Source of the DNA: Octopus sinensis
Taxonomy: Eukaryota
Reading direction: 5' to 3'
Length of the DNA stretch: 64,000 nt
NCBI RefSeq assembly: GCF_006345805.1
Contig: NC_043007.1
Location: forward strand, 58,776,001 to 58,840,000
Shown: positions 1 through 13,104 of the stretch, piece after piece
Layout: every line of letters starts with the position of its first letter
Position numbering within the stretch: position 1 is the stretch's first letter
Translations under genes and position numbers: made by a program
The notes under the pieces: generated by a model
What the model was told of the DNA's origin: nothing
What the model saw: only the letters and a program-made list of their open reading frames with translations
Databases searched by the model: none

Positions 1-19
1 ACTCAATTTCTTCATGATA

Positions 20-370
20 CAGCAGGTAAGATGGCAGATTCAAGTTTGTTGTACCACAACTTTCAAAATTTTGGGCCTTAAATTTTGTCCGATGAAAACT
101 GTCCAACTACAAACTATCTCCTCAAACAGTTTCTGGACTAGTGATTTATTTTTACATTATATGAAGTCAGTTATTTGTGGAAGTATAGATATGAGGATCT
201 TTCCTAGGGTCTTTTTCCATAACAGGTTACTCTCTTTCCTTGTCTGCATAAAGCAGCAAAGGGTTCTCCTCATTTGGGTGTTCACAAACACATTATATAT
301 GTACACAGTTTTATTTTCATCATTGCTGCTCTGTGTGCCTTCAGTTTATCAATTCCAGTTTGATAAAGTT
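20..370 (-). pseudogene. Possible highly degenerate P-element-like transposase remnant
   Basis: Minus-strand translation with stops gives EHPNEENPLLLY and FVVGQFSSDKI*G, resembling P-element transposase motifs. Short and broken. Confidence 0.25.
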
Positions 371-399
371 TGTGCACACTAACAAAATTATCATTTACT

Positions 400-740
400 G
401 TTTGCATATAAGAATGGCACTCACACCTGTTTCCAAGCAAGGTAATATTTCCCCATGGTTCAACATGTTTTTCACTGAAAATTGTAAATTAATGACACTG
501 CTTGTATGACAGTAACACTTGTTAACAGCTAGTGTGATATCATGACAAGGAGACACACATACACATTCATGTATCTATACAGCAGGTTTCTTTGAGTTTC
601 TATCTACCAAATCCACTCACACGGCTTTGGTCAACCCAGGGCTATAGTAGAAGACACTTGTTCAAGGTACCATGTAGTGGGACTGATCCTGAAACTATGG
701 GCTTGGGAAATGAACTTCCTAACCATACAGCCAAACCTGT
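400..740 (-). mobile_element. tRNA-derived SINE, family 1 (variant 3' half)
   Basis: Head matches the SINE at 17915 (tctaccaaatccactcac...agaagacacttg...gggactga). The 3' half differs. Confidence 0.75.
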
Positions 741-861
741 TTCTTTACAAACTACTTGGTATGGTCTGATGCTTTTACTCAAGCAACAATTATCTACACT
801 ATTAAACAAAGAGATATATTTGATTTTCAAAAATAAGTTTGATGATTGTACAGAAACACAA

Positions 862-1150
862 ATATCATCATCAACATTTACTGTTTTCCATGTTGGCATC
901 AGCTTGACAGGAACTGATAAGGCTTGGGGCTACACCAGGTTCCATAGTCTGTTTTGGCTTGGATACCCTTCCTAATGTCAACTACTTAACAGAGTGCACT
1001 GGGTGCTTTTTACATGGCACCATCACCAGTGCTTTCTTTGTTGCACCACCACCCATGTGAATGTTTTTTACATGACACCTTGGTTTTAGGATATCAATTC
1101 TGTTGCGAGTGGGTCTTCTTGAGTACAGTAGTATGCCACTTAGTTTGTCC
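862..1150 (-). mobile_element. RTE LINE 3' end fragment, diverged
   Basis: (CAT)n followed by a diverged copy of the RTE 3' terminal sequence seen at 34470-34636. Confidence 0.6.
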
Positions 1151-2049
1151 TCTGTCATTTAGATTAATCAAAAGGGTTTGTTCTTAGATATCTTCCAGAA
1201 CATTCTTATGAAAAAAAGATGGGGGAAAAATAAGATTTTGAGGCTTCTTAACATGGAAGAGTAATAAAATTGTTATATATATATATATATATAGCAAATT
1301 TAAATATATAAAATTGTTATAACATCTAACATGACAGATGATACCTTTTTTTTTTTTTTTTTTGAAAGGATAGAAAAGTGGGCTCCATATGTCACATGAA
1401 ACTATGGAATGTTTATTCTCAAGGTACAAACATGGGCAAAGTTTTTATAGAAGATAAGCAGTTAGCCATACATGCAAATCCCCACTTCTCCATGCTTCTA
1501 ATGTCCAAGGAAAAGAAAAAGGGCAATACAGCTTGTTGCTGCAGGTGTTGCAATCAGAATGCCAAGAGCTAAAACAGATCCCATAAGATTCTAACAACTT
1601 TACTAATCCACCACCTTGAATCAGTACTTCTTTGATGGCTTCCAAAAAGGTAAAAGGCAAAATTGTTTTTCATAGGATTTCAATTCAGAGCACAAACAGC
1701 CAGAACAAATCCCAACTGGCATTATATCTGATGTTCTAATGACTGCTAATTCTTTGATGTGCAAAATAATGTCATTAAATTTCTTTTCTAAATCTGATCA
1801 CAATAAAGAAAAGCATGAATGTCATTAAAAAATCAACTCTGTATGCTTCCCTACACAAAAATGGTAGTCTGATAGGATTGAAGTTTGAACACAGCATATA
1901 ACTGCTGGTGTAATTTTAGCCTGTTTTTAATGACTTAATCAGAGAAAGAAGAGTAAAACTCTTTACTGTTTTTAGGACCTCCCAAACTTGAAGAAAGTAT
2001 TTATCCTTAAACCAATGCCCTGACCTTAATGCTTGCAACTGAGTGAACT

Positions 2050-2248
2050 CCAAAATGCTTAGCGGTATTTCGTCTGCGTTACGTTGTGAGTTCAAATTCC
2101 GCCGAGGTCGACTTTGCCTTTCATCCTTTCGGGGTCGATAAATTAAGTACCAGTTACGAACTGGGGTCGATGTAATCGACTTAATACCTATGTCTGTCCT
2201 TGTTTGTTCTCTCTGTGTTTAGCCCCTTGTGGGTAATAAAGAAATAGG
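2050..2248 (+). mobile_element. SINE family 2 with Nin/Deu-like core
   Basis: B-box-like gagttcaaattcc followed by gtcgactttgcctttcatcctttcggggtcgataaattaagtaccag. Confidence 0.75.
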
Positions 2249-2439
2249 TACCTAGGGATCAGGTGGTACTGTTAAACCAGGCAATGCATTAAGCCTAACT
2301 ATTCAAAATATCTCACATATATATTTGAAATATATTTTTAGAAAAGTTTATGAAGTAGACATGTTGACTACCTATTGAAAATGTTTTTCTATTTCTGTAA
2401 ATTTCAGATGTGTTTAATATTTAAATATTTTAATTTTTA

Positions 2440-2635
2440 GCACATGGCCAGCAATTTCAGGGGAGGAGTAAGTCAATTATATCAACCCTGTGCTCAAATG
2501 GTACTTATTTTATCAATCCTAGAGAGAATGGAAAGCAAAGTCAACCCTAGCAGCATTTGAACTCAGAACATATACTGATGAAATACTGCTAAGCATTTTG
2601 TCCAGCATACTAAGAATTCTACCAGCTTGCCACAT
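2440..2635 (-). mobile_element. SINE family 2, diverged
   Basis: Reverse-complement similarity to 2050-2200. Confidence 0.65.
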
Positions 2636-2653
2636 TAAATATATTAATGTATA

Positions 2654-3700
2654 TAGGATGGTCTTAAAATCTCACCCCCTACCGAAAAGTAATAAGAACA
2701 ATAGAGGAACCATATAATAATATCAAACACGTACTGATTTTAGTATTGTTACGACTGTCGCTCAACTCAACTCAGGACCCTAAGTCAGCGACGACGACAA
2801 CACTCAGTCAAACGGAAATCCACCACAGAAAGCTGGGGTGGGCAGCGAACGCTAGCCAGTAACCGAAGACAACAACAACAAAAGAGAGAGACAGCGGAGG
2901 CAGTTGCTTACATTTAACAATTTATATAATTTTGCAACATCAATTAAAACATTTCAAACACATTTAAAAACAAGGTTAACAGACATTTAACAATTCATAA
3001 CTTTACAAAATCAATCAAACGTAATACACAAATCGACTTTTCCAAAACAATCAACTGGTTGACATGCAACACAATACAGAATCAAACAAATAGTCTTTCT
3101 CTTTCCTTAATTTTCTTTTCTCTGCTTTCTTTTAGAAACACAAAAAGTTCTTATCACAAAGATTCCTTCTTTTTACACTCTCTTTTTCAAACATCATAAT
3201 TCAACATTAAAGTCCAAAACACAAATCGAAACATAAACAACAATACCAAATGTTTCTGAACCCACTATAGTAGTCCAGCTTCTTCGCTGTCTTCTTCCCT
3301 ACCTCTCACCTGTCAATTCCCAATATTCTCTGCCTGTCTTTCTCACCTTGCCGTTGCCTCTCGCCATCACCATCTCTTGGCTGACCATCCGTATCAACTG
3401 CTGTCTCTTCCCAACTGAACTCTTTTCCGGCCCTTTGCACCTCCGTAACAGTATATTCACTTTCATTGACACTGACACTGTCACACATCGGGAAGGTCTG
3501 TAGGAACACCATCATTTTTGTGGCACAAAACAATGTGGCACCATCTCCTCTGTGATATTTTATGAAGCTGTGCTTTGGTGATTGTTGCAGAGGCTGCCGA
3601 AACAGCGTCCTTCAACTATTGCTCTTGTGAAACCCTCTCCTTGATAATAGAAACTTAAAACAATATTTACAGGTGGTGACAAGACTTTCAGACCACCCTG
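2654..3700. mobile_element. Non-autonomous Tc1/mariner-like element interrupted by a solo LTR
   Basis: Imperfect TIRs taggatggtcttaaaatctcacc / ggtgacaagactttcagaccaccctg, flanked by TA. Confidence 0.5.
2747..3485 (-). mobile_element. Probable solo LTR (~740 bp)
   Basis: Termini TGTTACGAC...CTGTCACA (TG..CA with short inverted ends); CpG-richer than flanks; non-coding. No clean TSD seen. Confidence 0.5.
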
Positions 3701-4441
3701 TACATTTTAAGAACAAATTGATATTCTTAAAACTTTTTTTACTTTAGTACAAAATGCTAACTGTAACATTAAACATACTTTCACATACTGAAGTAACTGA
3801 TATTCTTGGTGCATAGTTTTACATCTGGTATTTATCAGATTGCTGGATATAATCGGTATTAAAGCAGGCTTTAATAAACGTTCCATCATAAGATTTAAGT
3901 AATAATGGAGAACTGTGTCAAGAGATAACCATATATTAATGTATAAATATAAATAGATTTGATGCATAATAAAAAGACACAAAAGAATAGACATACAATC
4001 AACTACCCACACCTACACATATGTAGATGAGCTCTCCTTAGTTTTAATTACAAGTTTTGCAATTATTTAATTCAACTTCTTCCTTGTTGTATTAGAAAGA
4101 TGTTTGCAACAAAGTAGTCCCCAAACATGTACCCTTAAAATAATCCTCAGGCACAATCATCCTGACATAGTATGACAAATGACAAACCTGACCTTTTGAA
4201 TTATAGGAACAGTTCGTCCATCATACTGTTTCTACCTGTTCAATTTTACTCATAACATACTGCTGAGGTTATGGTTGTTGACACTTACCCAAGATACTAT
4301 ACAGGAGTATTGGACCTGAAATTTCTTGATTGTGAAGTGAACTTCTGAAAAATTTGGCCATTCCTGGAACTCACACATGCATATATATTGTTTGTTTCTC
4401 TGTTTTCCCTGCTAGCATGTGCTAGAATAGGAGTTATTAGG

Positions 4442-4630
4442 TCATCATCATCATCATCGTTTAACGTCCGCTTTCCTTGCTGGCATGAGTTGGACGGTTT
4501 GACTGAGGACTGGTGAGCCAGAGGCTGCACCAGGCTCAATCTGATCTGGCAAAGTTTCTACAGCTGGATGCCCTTCCTAATGCCAACCATTCCAAGAGTG
4601 TAGTGGGTGCTTTTTATGTACCACCAGCAT

Positions 4631-4632
<2 letters not shown>
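4442..4632 (-). mobile_element. RTE LINE 3' terminal fragment with (GAT)n tail
   Basis: (CAT)n cgtttaacgtccgctttcc...gctggatgcccttcctaatgccaacc matches the other RTE 3' ends. Confidence 0.8.
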
Positions 4633-4668
<36 letters not shown>

Positions 4669-4929
4669 TATATAAAGTGGGACAGACAGTCAGATACATA
4701 ACGATGTTCAGAGAAAATATCATTTGACTGTCACTCAATGAAGTTAAAAGTAAAACAGAGTTCCAGAGATAGTCCTTTGTTGAATATTAAAGGAAAGTCT
4801 AAGGGAGAGAATGGAGAATATAGAAAAAAAATGTACACAAATGCATGAAAATAATTTCTAATTCCATTAGACATTCTACAATACTATTAAATTTCATTCA
4901 ATTTTAAAAAAGGTAAAATCGGACAGAAC

Positions 4930-5270
4930 TTATGGGATGACCTGATACATGCTAAATTCTTTACTAAATACAGTATTTTGTACATGGTTGAGAGAATGGC
5001 TCACACATGATATTTCTCTACAGCCATTTATCTTAGTATCCCACAGATGATAAAACATAGAATCTTGTAAATGAATTTTCAAGGCCAATGAATGTTATGT
5101 ATAGAAATTTGCTCCTGGCTAAGAAATTCTCTTTATTCATCACTAACAAAACAGTATTTATTGTTCACCTTCCTGGTAGAAACCCAAACTACATCTTATC
5201 TAAGCTAATTTCTTTCCTATTTAACTGTGCTATAACTTTTTGTGTACTTTCATAACTTAATCCATCAGTT
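4930..5270 (-). pseudogene. Old RTE reverse transcriptase fragment
   Basis: Minus translation QKVIAQLNRKEISLDKM*FGFLPGR is homologous to the RTE RT at 5590-5700. Confidence 0.6.
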
Positions 5271-5519
5271 GGATGTCTCTGTAGTTGCTCCTTTGTATAC
5301 ATGTGTGTGTGTATGTGTTCGTGTCTTTTATCTTGACTTGTTTTGGTCATTAGAATATGGCCATGCTGGGGCACTGCCTTGAAGAATTTTAATTGAATGA
5401 ATCAATTCCAGTGTTAATTTCTTTTAACCATGGTACGTTTTCTACCAGTCTCTTTTACCAAACTTCTAAGTTATAGGCACTTAAAAGCAACAACACCAGT
5501 TGTCAAGCAGTGGTGGAAG

Positions 5520-7255
5520 GCAACTACTACAAAAGTAAAAGTGATGCTGTAGATAGAAATAATTACAGAGGTATCAAATTGTTGGATCAGGTGATGAAAA
5601 TTATGGAGATAATCATAGCCCAACTAATTAGGGAGAGAATTAGTATAGATAAGATGCAGTTTGGTTTTGTGCCAGGGGGAAGTACTACTGATGTTATATT
5701 TCTGGTAAGGCAGCTGCTGAAGAAATACATAGCTAAAGATAAACCTTTGTGCTTGGCATTTGTTGACTTGGAGAAAATCCTTTGACAGGGTTCCCTGATC
5801 CCTTATCTTGTGATCAATGCAGAAACTAGAGTGGTTGGTGAAAGTTGTTACAAGCTATGTACAGGAATGCTACCAGTAAGATGAGGGTTGTCAACGAGTG
5901 TAGCGAAGACTTCAGGGTACAAGTAGGGCATCACCAATGATTGGTGCTCAGCCCCCTCTTGCCTCCAGGCAATAACAGAGGAATTTAAAACAGGTTTGCC
6001 CCTAGGAGCTCCTCTATGCTGATGACCTTGTTTTTGTAGCTGAATCACTACCAGAACTAGAGAAGTTCCAGGTATGGGAGCAAGGTCTAGAATCGAAGGG
6101 CCTTAGAGATAACCTAGCAAAAACCAAAGTCTTACTAAGTAGGAGAGCAGACAAATCACAAATCCCTTCAGGTAGATGGTCCTGCTTGATCTGTAGAAAA
6201 GGTGTAGGTAGAAACTCCATAAGATATACCTGGTGTAAGCTTTGGACACATAAGAGGTGCAGCAATAACAGAGGAAGTTTAAGAAGGAAAATAGCTTTTG
6301 CATATGGAAGATGCACAGGTACAATAAACACTAAAAATATACAAAAAATAGACTCCATCAACTGCCAGGTAAGTAAGCTAGTGGTAGTAGATAGCTTCTG
6401 TTGTCTAGGTGACCAAGTGGAGATGGATGCTTCGAGAGCATAGCTGTGAGAATAAGATTAGGCTGAGCAAAGTTCAGAGAGCTCCTACCTCTGCTGGCAA
6501 CATAGGGCATCTCCCTCAGAGTGAAAGGCAGATTGTATGATGCCTGTGTGTGAACAGCTATGCTACATAGCAATGAAACATGGGCATCTATAGGTTTGAA
6601 AGAAATGAAGCCAGTATGCTTCACTGGATGTGCAAAGTCAGTGTGCATGTTTGATAGAGTGTAAGCATCTTGAGAGAAAAGTTGGGCACAAAAGGCATCA
6701 GATGTGGTGTGATGTGTATGGACGAGGACAGCTGTGTAAAGAAGTGCCTATCTCTAACTGTGGAGGGAACCTGTAGAAGAGGTAGGCCCAGGAAGACACA
6801 GGACAAGGTGGTGAAGCTGATCTTCGAACTTTGGGCCTCACAGAGGCAATGACTAATGACCAAGACTTTTGGTAAGGTGCTGTGCTTGAGAGGACTCATC
6901 AAGCCAAGTGAAATCATAGTCATGGCTGATACTGGTATCTCGTAACTGGCACCCATACTGGTGGCATGTAAAAAGCACCTTTTGAGCATTGGACTTCACT
7001 GAGGCAAACTGGCTGATGCTAGTGGTACATGAAAAGCTCTTTTCGTGTGTTGGGCCTCGCAAAGGCAATGATCAAGACCGTTGGTATTATGTCGTGCTTG
7101 AGAAGACTCATCAAACCAAGTAAAATCGCAGTCATGGCAGATACTGGTGTCACACAAATGACACCCATGCCAGTAACATAAAAGCAGCCATTATATTCTT
7201 GGAGTGGTTGGTGTTAGGAAGGGTATCCAGCCATAGAGACTATGCCAAATCAACC
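5520..7255 (+). mobile_element. 5'-truncated RTE LINE (RT, PHD-like finger, C-terminus, 3' UTR), frameshifted
   Basis: NYRGIKLLDQVMK, QFGFVPG, AFVDLEK, LLYADDL, CLICRKGVGRNSI...WTHKRC, GRPRKT; 3' UTR like the other copies. Confidence 0.9.
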
Positions 7256-8239
7256 CTATGTTCCCTCACATTATTCACCAACTTTACATAGGGTACTGGA
7301 TGCATTTTATCCTGACACCAGCACCATTGAGGTTGATTTGTACCCAGTAAAGCAAAAAAATTTTCACTCCTCAATGTTGTCTCCATTCTTTCCAGGCAAC
7401 ATAACCACTAGAGTGGGCAAAAGAAAGTTGAGGAGTGATTGCAGAAGATGAATGAGAGTGAGATGGAGAAAAATGTGTGAGAATGAAGGTGGAAACTAAA
7501 AGATTGGAATGACAATGTGAAAGAGTGGGGGAAAATGAACAAGACAGTAATGGTTAGAGATACTGAAAGAGATGGTGGCTAGAAAGTATGACTGAGTAAT
7601 GAATAGTCACAGAAATGGTCAGAGATAAGAGAGTGTGATGGTTTCAATAAAAAGTGACCTGGGGAGAGAAGTGAGTAGTAGTTAGAATTATAGAGAGGTG
7701 ATGTTTATTGGCAAGAGAGAACATAAGTGATGGATAATTGAGATGACAACAGTTAGAGAGTGATGTCAAAGGAATGACTTGAAGGACAGGGAGTGATGGT
7801 TAGCAATATAGGAAGATAAATGAAGGGGTGTATCAGATACTAACAGATCCAATGTAAACCCTAATTATACTCACAGAAATGTTTGTCACATCCCCCCCCC
7901 CCCGTGACCTTCTTGATAGGTTTATATTCTCCAGCTGATTTTATTTGTCTGTTATATTTTTCTGTCTCATCTCTATTACAAACATGTAAGTTTTTATCAT
8001 GATATTGTGTATGTGTTGCTTAACTATATTTGGTTTATACCTTTAGCATTTAGATTATTCTGTTAAATGTAGTTTTGAATTAATTATGCATTATCTGGTA
8101 ACATCAGGAGTTTAGAATAACATTGTAGAATAGGTGTGAGGGGCTAGATTTAGCCAATTTGAACATAAGCAGGTAGAATATTTTGGCCAAATATGGCCAG
8201 TTTAAATGCTAAAGGGTTAATCTTATTGTATCCTTACTT

Positions 8240-9387
8240 TTTTATTACTGTAGTGCAGGTGCTGGGGCATTATGGAGCTTCTCTGTTTTTTCATGATCTT
8301 CCATTGTTACTCTCTCATGTCATTAATGTGAGTTTGTGTTGATTGGACCTAGTTGGCACAAACTAGTCTGAGAAACCATACTGTTTCCTTATTTTTAATA
8401 CACTGTTTCAGTTTACATAGGCCATTTCTGACTCTAATATCAATTTTTTAGATACTTATCTCTTTAGGTATCCTGCTGTATTGCTTTATATTCTAAGTTT
8501 CTTTTCAGCCAGTGTAAATCTTCCTTCTATTACAGTTATTTCCTTAATTTTTATCTAATTTGCATGAAAAGTTTTTCACTCCAAATGGACATTCTAGATT
8601 ATTGATCATCCTGCATATGGCCTACTTCAATGATAATATGAAACAGCTGTTTCTTCTGTGTCCAGTTGTATAGCACTTTAAGTTCTAGTGACTCAGTGTT
8701 TGTATTTGCATTTTCAAATTTTGTATTTGTGATGGGGTTAGAGTATTTTTGTTCTGCATTGATTGATTAGTGTTGTTACTATTGTCAATGTTTCCTCCAT
8801 TTTAGCTCATTGCAGAAGCATTGGTTATAACTGTTGTTTAAATATTGGTGCTCATTTTGAATAAAAAAAGGGGAATGCTTTTATCTGTTATGGAATGAGG
8901 ATACCTTTTATTAATGATATTTGAACCTTTTTACCATGTTTACTAATCCCTGTATGAATTTTGTGTGAATTTAGTAATGTATGTTTTCATTGTTCATCTT
9001 AGTAATTTGTGAGGTTGAGCTCACTTACTGATGAATTGAGTTAGTAAACAGTTTAGAAGAGATACAATTTTTTTTATGAAGTGAAGTTGCTGAATTGCTT
9101 TTTTTTTTCCTCTACACAACAAAATACAGCTTTTTTCAGTTTCATGTTAGTTTGACTAAAGCTTGTGATCTTTCAATTACTCTTTTACTTGTTTCAGTCA
9201 TTTGACTGTAGCCATGCAGGAGCACTGCCATTTGTCGAACAAGTTGACCCCAGGACTTATTATTTATAAGCCTAGTACTTATTCTATCGGTCTCTTTTGC
9301 CGAACCGCTAAGTTACAGGGATATAAACACACCAGCATCGGTTGTCAAGCGGTGTTGGGGGGGACAAACACAGATACACAAACATAT

Positions 9388-9424
<37 letters not shown>

Positions 9425-10470
9425 CACATATACGATGGCCTTCTTTCAGTTTCCATCTACCAAATCCACTCACAAGGATTTGGTCAGCCCGAGGCTATAG
9501 TAGAAGACACTTGCCCAAGGTGCCATGCAGTGGGACTGAACCTGGAAATATGTGGTTGGTAAGCAAGCTACTTACCACACAGCCACTCCTACGCCTATTA
9601 TGAATTTGTTTTGCATGAATTTTAATCTGAAACTAAGTGTTAAGACTAATAGTGATGCATATATGGAAAACCATGTCGAAGCCTATAAATGTACTCACTG
9701 GTTGTGATTCACTCCTTATTTTCAGTTTTATTCCCAGAAATTTAGCCACTTTTCTTGTGACCATCTCAATGAGTTTAAACTCTCCAACTAATTTTGATTG
9801 TTTGCTATACTCTTCTGTTTCGTCTCTACAGTAAGTGTCTGAGCTGTTGTTGCAACACTGTTCTAGTTCCATTTTATTTATTTATTTTGTCTGCTTTCTT
9901 TGTTGTTCCTAACATAAGAAACATGTGTGTGTTGTGTATGTTTGAATGTTGGTTGATTTTAGTGGCTTTTAATCTTATAATATCCTTATTCTTGTGGTAA
10001 TGGGTGTTGGTTGTGGAGGTTTTGTTACTCTGTTCATTCTTTCTATTGTGTGGTGGAGACTAGATTCTGCTTCCTATATTAATTCAGTCTCTGTAAACTG
10101 TCATGTGTTTTGGCATTGTGTGGAAGGAATTTTATTTCATTTTTATTTTATTGATCTGCTATTTACTTCTTTACATTGTATTCTGACCAGTTTCATAGTG
10201 ACTTCATGAATCTTCCTGAATTTTCTTACAACTTTGGTTTTAAGTTTTGTTTCATGGGGTACTTTTCTAAATTAGTGAGCAATTTCACTTCTGGGCCCTA
10301 GTATCAATGAATGCCACACTCCAGAATTTGTTGTCCTACCAGGAGCTTTTCCTGTTAAGCTGCATTTTGTTTCCAGCCTATTCCAGAATTTGCTCCTGTA
10401 CATAAGGGTACGTATCATTTGCATCATTGTTGATGATGGTTCCAAACTTTTCTTGCCTCCTCTCTCTTCA
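8240..10470 (-). pseudogene. Very degenerate non-LTR retrotransposon, interrupted by a SINE
   Basis: Minus-strand remnants FIGFDMVFH and a YADD-like motif near 8610-8625; many stops. Confidence 0.3.
9175..9597 (-). mobile_element. Full-length tRNA-derived SINE, family 1
   Basis: Reverse complement of 17915-18337, including head, internal (TA)n and tail. Confidence 0.9.
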
Positions 10471-10654
10471 ATCCAATTCAATTTTATTGATTTCTTTGGG
10501 ATGGGGGGATTTTGTTAATTTATTAATTGTATATCTAACATGTATGTATATGAAACATATATAATACAAATCTAAAACTAAAGAAAACATAAACATGAGT
10601 GAAGAAAAAATAGAAGAGAACAAAAAAAGGAAAATAGAAAAAAAAAAGCAAAAG

Positions 10655-10925
10655 CAGGCCCTGGCTCTGGTTAATATCCCCTCAGTTCTGGAGCTGGCAG
10701 GATTATCCAGAAGTGATGGGAAAAGACCAGATGGGCTGCTTACAGCAAAGTTCTTATTGTTAGCAGCTCATCCTACTGAGATATCATGTGATGTCCATGA
10801 GGGTGCTTGGCTGTTCCAATGTTTTAGCCTCACCATAGCCTGTGGTAAAGCAGCAAGCATGTTGGCTTGCTTCAGTAGGTTCTGTTGAACCTTGTGGTAT
10901 GCAACCATTGAAGCACTTAGTGTGG
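10655..10925 (+). mobile_element. CRE-clade LINE 3' fragment (restriction-like endonuclease region), internally deleted
   Basis: LELAGLSRSDGKRPDGL and AWLFQCFSLTIACGKAASML match RLE and C-terminal motifs of CRE elements. Confidence 0.7.
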
Positions 10926-11799
10926 AATTGTTGTTTTTTTCTTTTTCTTTCTTTCTTCCTCTTTTTTTCTCTTTGTGTTTTCTTCTCTTTCTTCACCCTT
11001 GTTTGTGTTTTCTTCTCTTTCTTCACCCTTGTTTGTGTTTTCTTCAGTTTCAGATTCGTATTTTAATGTGGTTTTGTATTATGTATGTTTCATATACATA
11101 CATGTTATATATGTACTTTATGGGTTGCATCCAGAGAATTGCATGTGATAGATGAAATCCTATATATACTTTCATAGTTTACTGGATGGATTCATACGCG
11201 ATACATTTCTCATCAACCTTGCTAGATCTGGTATCAAGATGTTTAGCTTAGCACTTATTGATATAACAAAGATCTGGAGGACCAGGTGTTCAGTGACCAT
11301 AAGCTTCCTATAATGTGGGTGAAGGACTTGTTTCTAGATATAGTTTAAAATATAGAACCAGTAGTCTTTTGTTGAAGTTTTTCTTTATGTTCAACCTGAA
11401 GGCTTATAAACATCCTGAGATACTGAGAAACTAGTAACTATTTGATAAGCATCAATAGAGATTATTTTTAACACATGGTATACTCCATATTGTATCTTTA
11501 GTTTTTTGGGGGCTTTTTTTGTATCTTTTACTTGTTTCAGTCATTTGTCTGCAGCCATGCTGAAGCACCACCTTGAAGGGTTTTAGTCAAACAAATCGCC
11601 CCCAGAACTTATTTTTTAAGTGTAGTTCTTATTCTATTGGTATCTATTGCTGAACCACTCCTTTCTTAAACCAACCCTCCCAATCTCCTCCTCCACCTGT
11701 CCCTTCTACGTATTCTTCGGTGATATATATATATATATATATATAAGCCTCATGATAAATATATATATAGAGAGAGAGAGAGATACATATATATATATA

Positions 11800-13045
11800 C
11801 AGGGTGTGTAAGATATTTGAGGATAGATAAAAAAAAAAACAGCTGTATAATAACAGATAATAACTTTATCAAAAAATGCTATGTGGATAAAAATAAACCT
11901 TCTTTTCTTTAATGTTATTTAATAAAGCCACCTTCACTACAACTGCTTCTGTATAAGATCTGAATCATCTACATGCCCGAATCAAGTGGTCCTGGTTCAT
12001 TTTGGACATTACCCTGATTATGTCAGCTTTCAAAGTATCTTTGGTGCTATGTGAGTGTTCATTGACCTCTCTCTCAACAACACTCCACATGTAATAGTCC
12101 AATAGATTGAGATGTGTGGAATTAGGAGGTCAAATGTAAGGGGTTATGTGATTGTGATAATTTTCAGCCATCCATTCCTGTGTTACTAGAGCCATGTGTG
12201 ATAGTGCAGAGTCTTACTGAAACACATATAACCTTCCATTTTATACACTATCCAGGGTGTAACAATTATTTCCAGGTCCTCAATGCAGGTGGCAGAGTTA
12301 ACTCTAAAGCCTTGTGGAAAGAAGTAAGGAAGTATCACATGTCCTTCATTGCTGACAATTCTTAAAACCATGATAGTTGCAGGAAATTTTGTATGCATAA
12401 CACTTGGAACTTCAGAAGGGTCTGCACATAACCATCTGTCATTTCTTCTGTTAACTTTTTGATCTTGGTTGAAGTTTTTCTTGTTTGAGAAAAACCAAAT
12501 CAAATCTTCTTCTGTTGGATTTTTCAGTTTGTTTAAGAGCCTTTTAGATTTAATGTAGTGATTTTCTTTTGCTTTTTCTGACAAATTGACCTTTCCTCGT
12601 CATATAAGACTTATATCTGATGTTTTCGTGGACAACATTTCTGACTGTTCCTTCTGACACATGGAGATCTTTTGCAATTGACCTCATGGACTTTCTAGGA
12701 TACTAATCAATGGTCTGTTGAACTTGCTGGATAAATTCAGGTGTTCTGATGATTTCAGAGCATTTATAATGCTTTTTATGCTTTGATACTGGTGATATGT
12801 TTCCATATTCAGTCTCTAGCTCCTTACAAACTTTGTAGATGAAAGATCTGGCAACTTTTAAAAATTGAGATATTTCTAAATCACTATGCTCAGTCTTTAT
12901 AACCACAATAACAGCATGCCTCTTCATTCTTCAGTAAACTGAGGGTCTGACATTATTATTTTCTGAACCAAAGATTATACAGAGTTAGCAACAAATGCAG
13001 CAATGACCCAAAAAAGGTATGTCCCCAAATACCTTACGCAACCTA
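11800..13045 (-). mobile_element. Tc1/mariner element, probably DD37D (maT) type, disrupted transposase
   Basis: TIRs cagggtgtgtaagatatttgaggata / tgtccccaaataccttacgcaaccta in TA context. ORF pieces 12703-12927 and 12186-12584 (WFFSNKKNF, NRRNDRW), QDSA, NLLDYYMWS. Confidence 0.85.
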
Positions 13046-13060
13046 TATATATATTTGTAG

Positions 13061-13099
<39 letters not shown>

Positions 13100-13104
13100 C
13101 ATAA

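Noticed and set aside
5235-5275. Minus-strand CTGATGG...GAAA
   Set aside because: Explained as RTE coding sequence (KLLDQVMKV equivalent); no stems.
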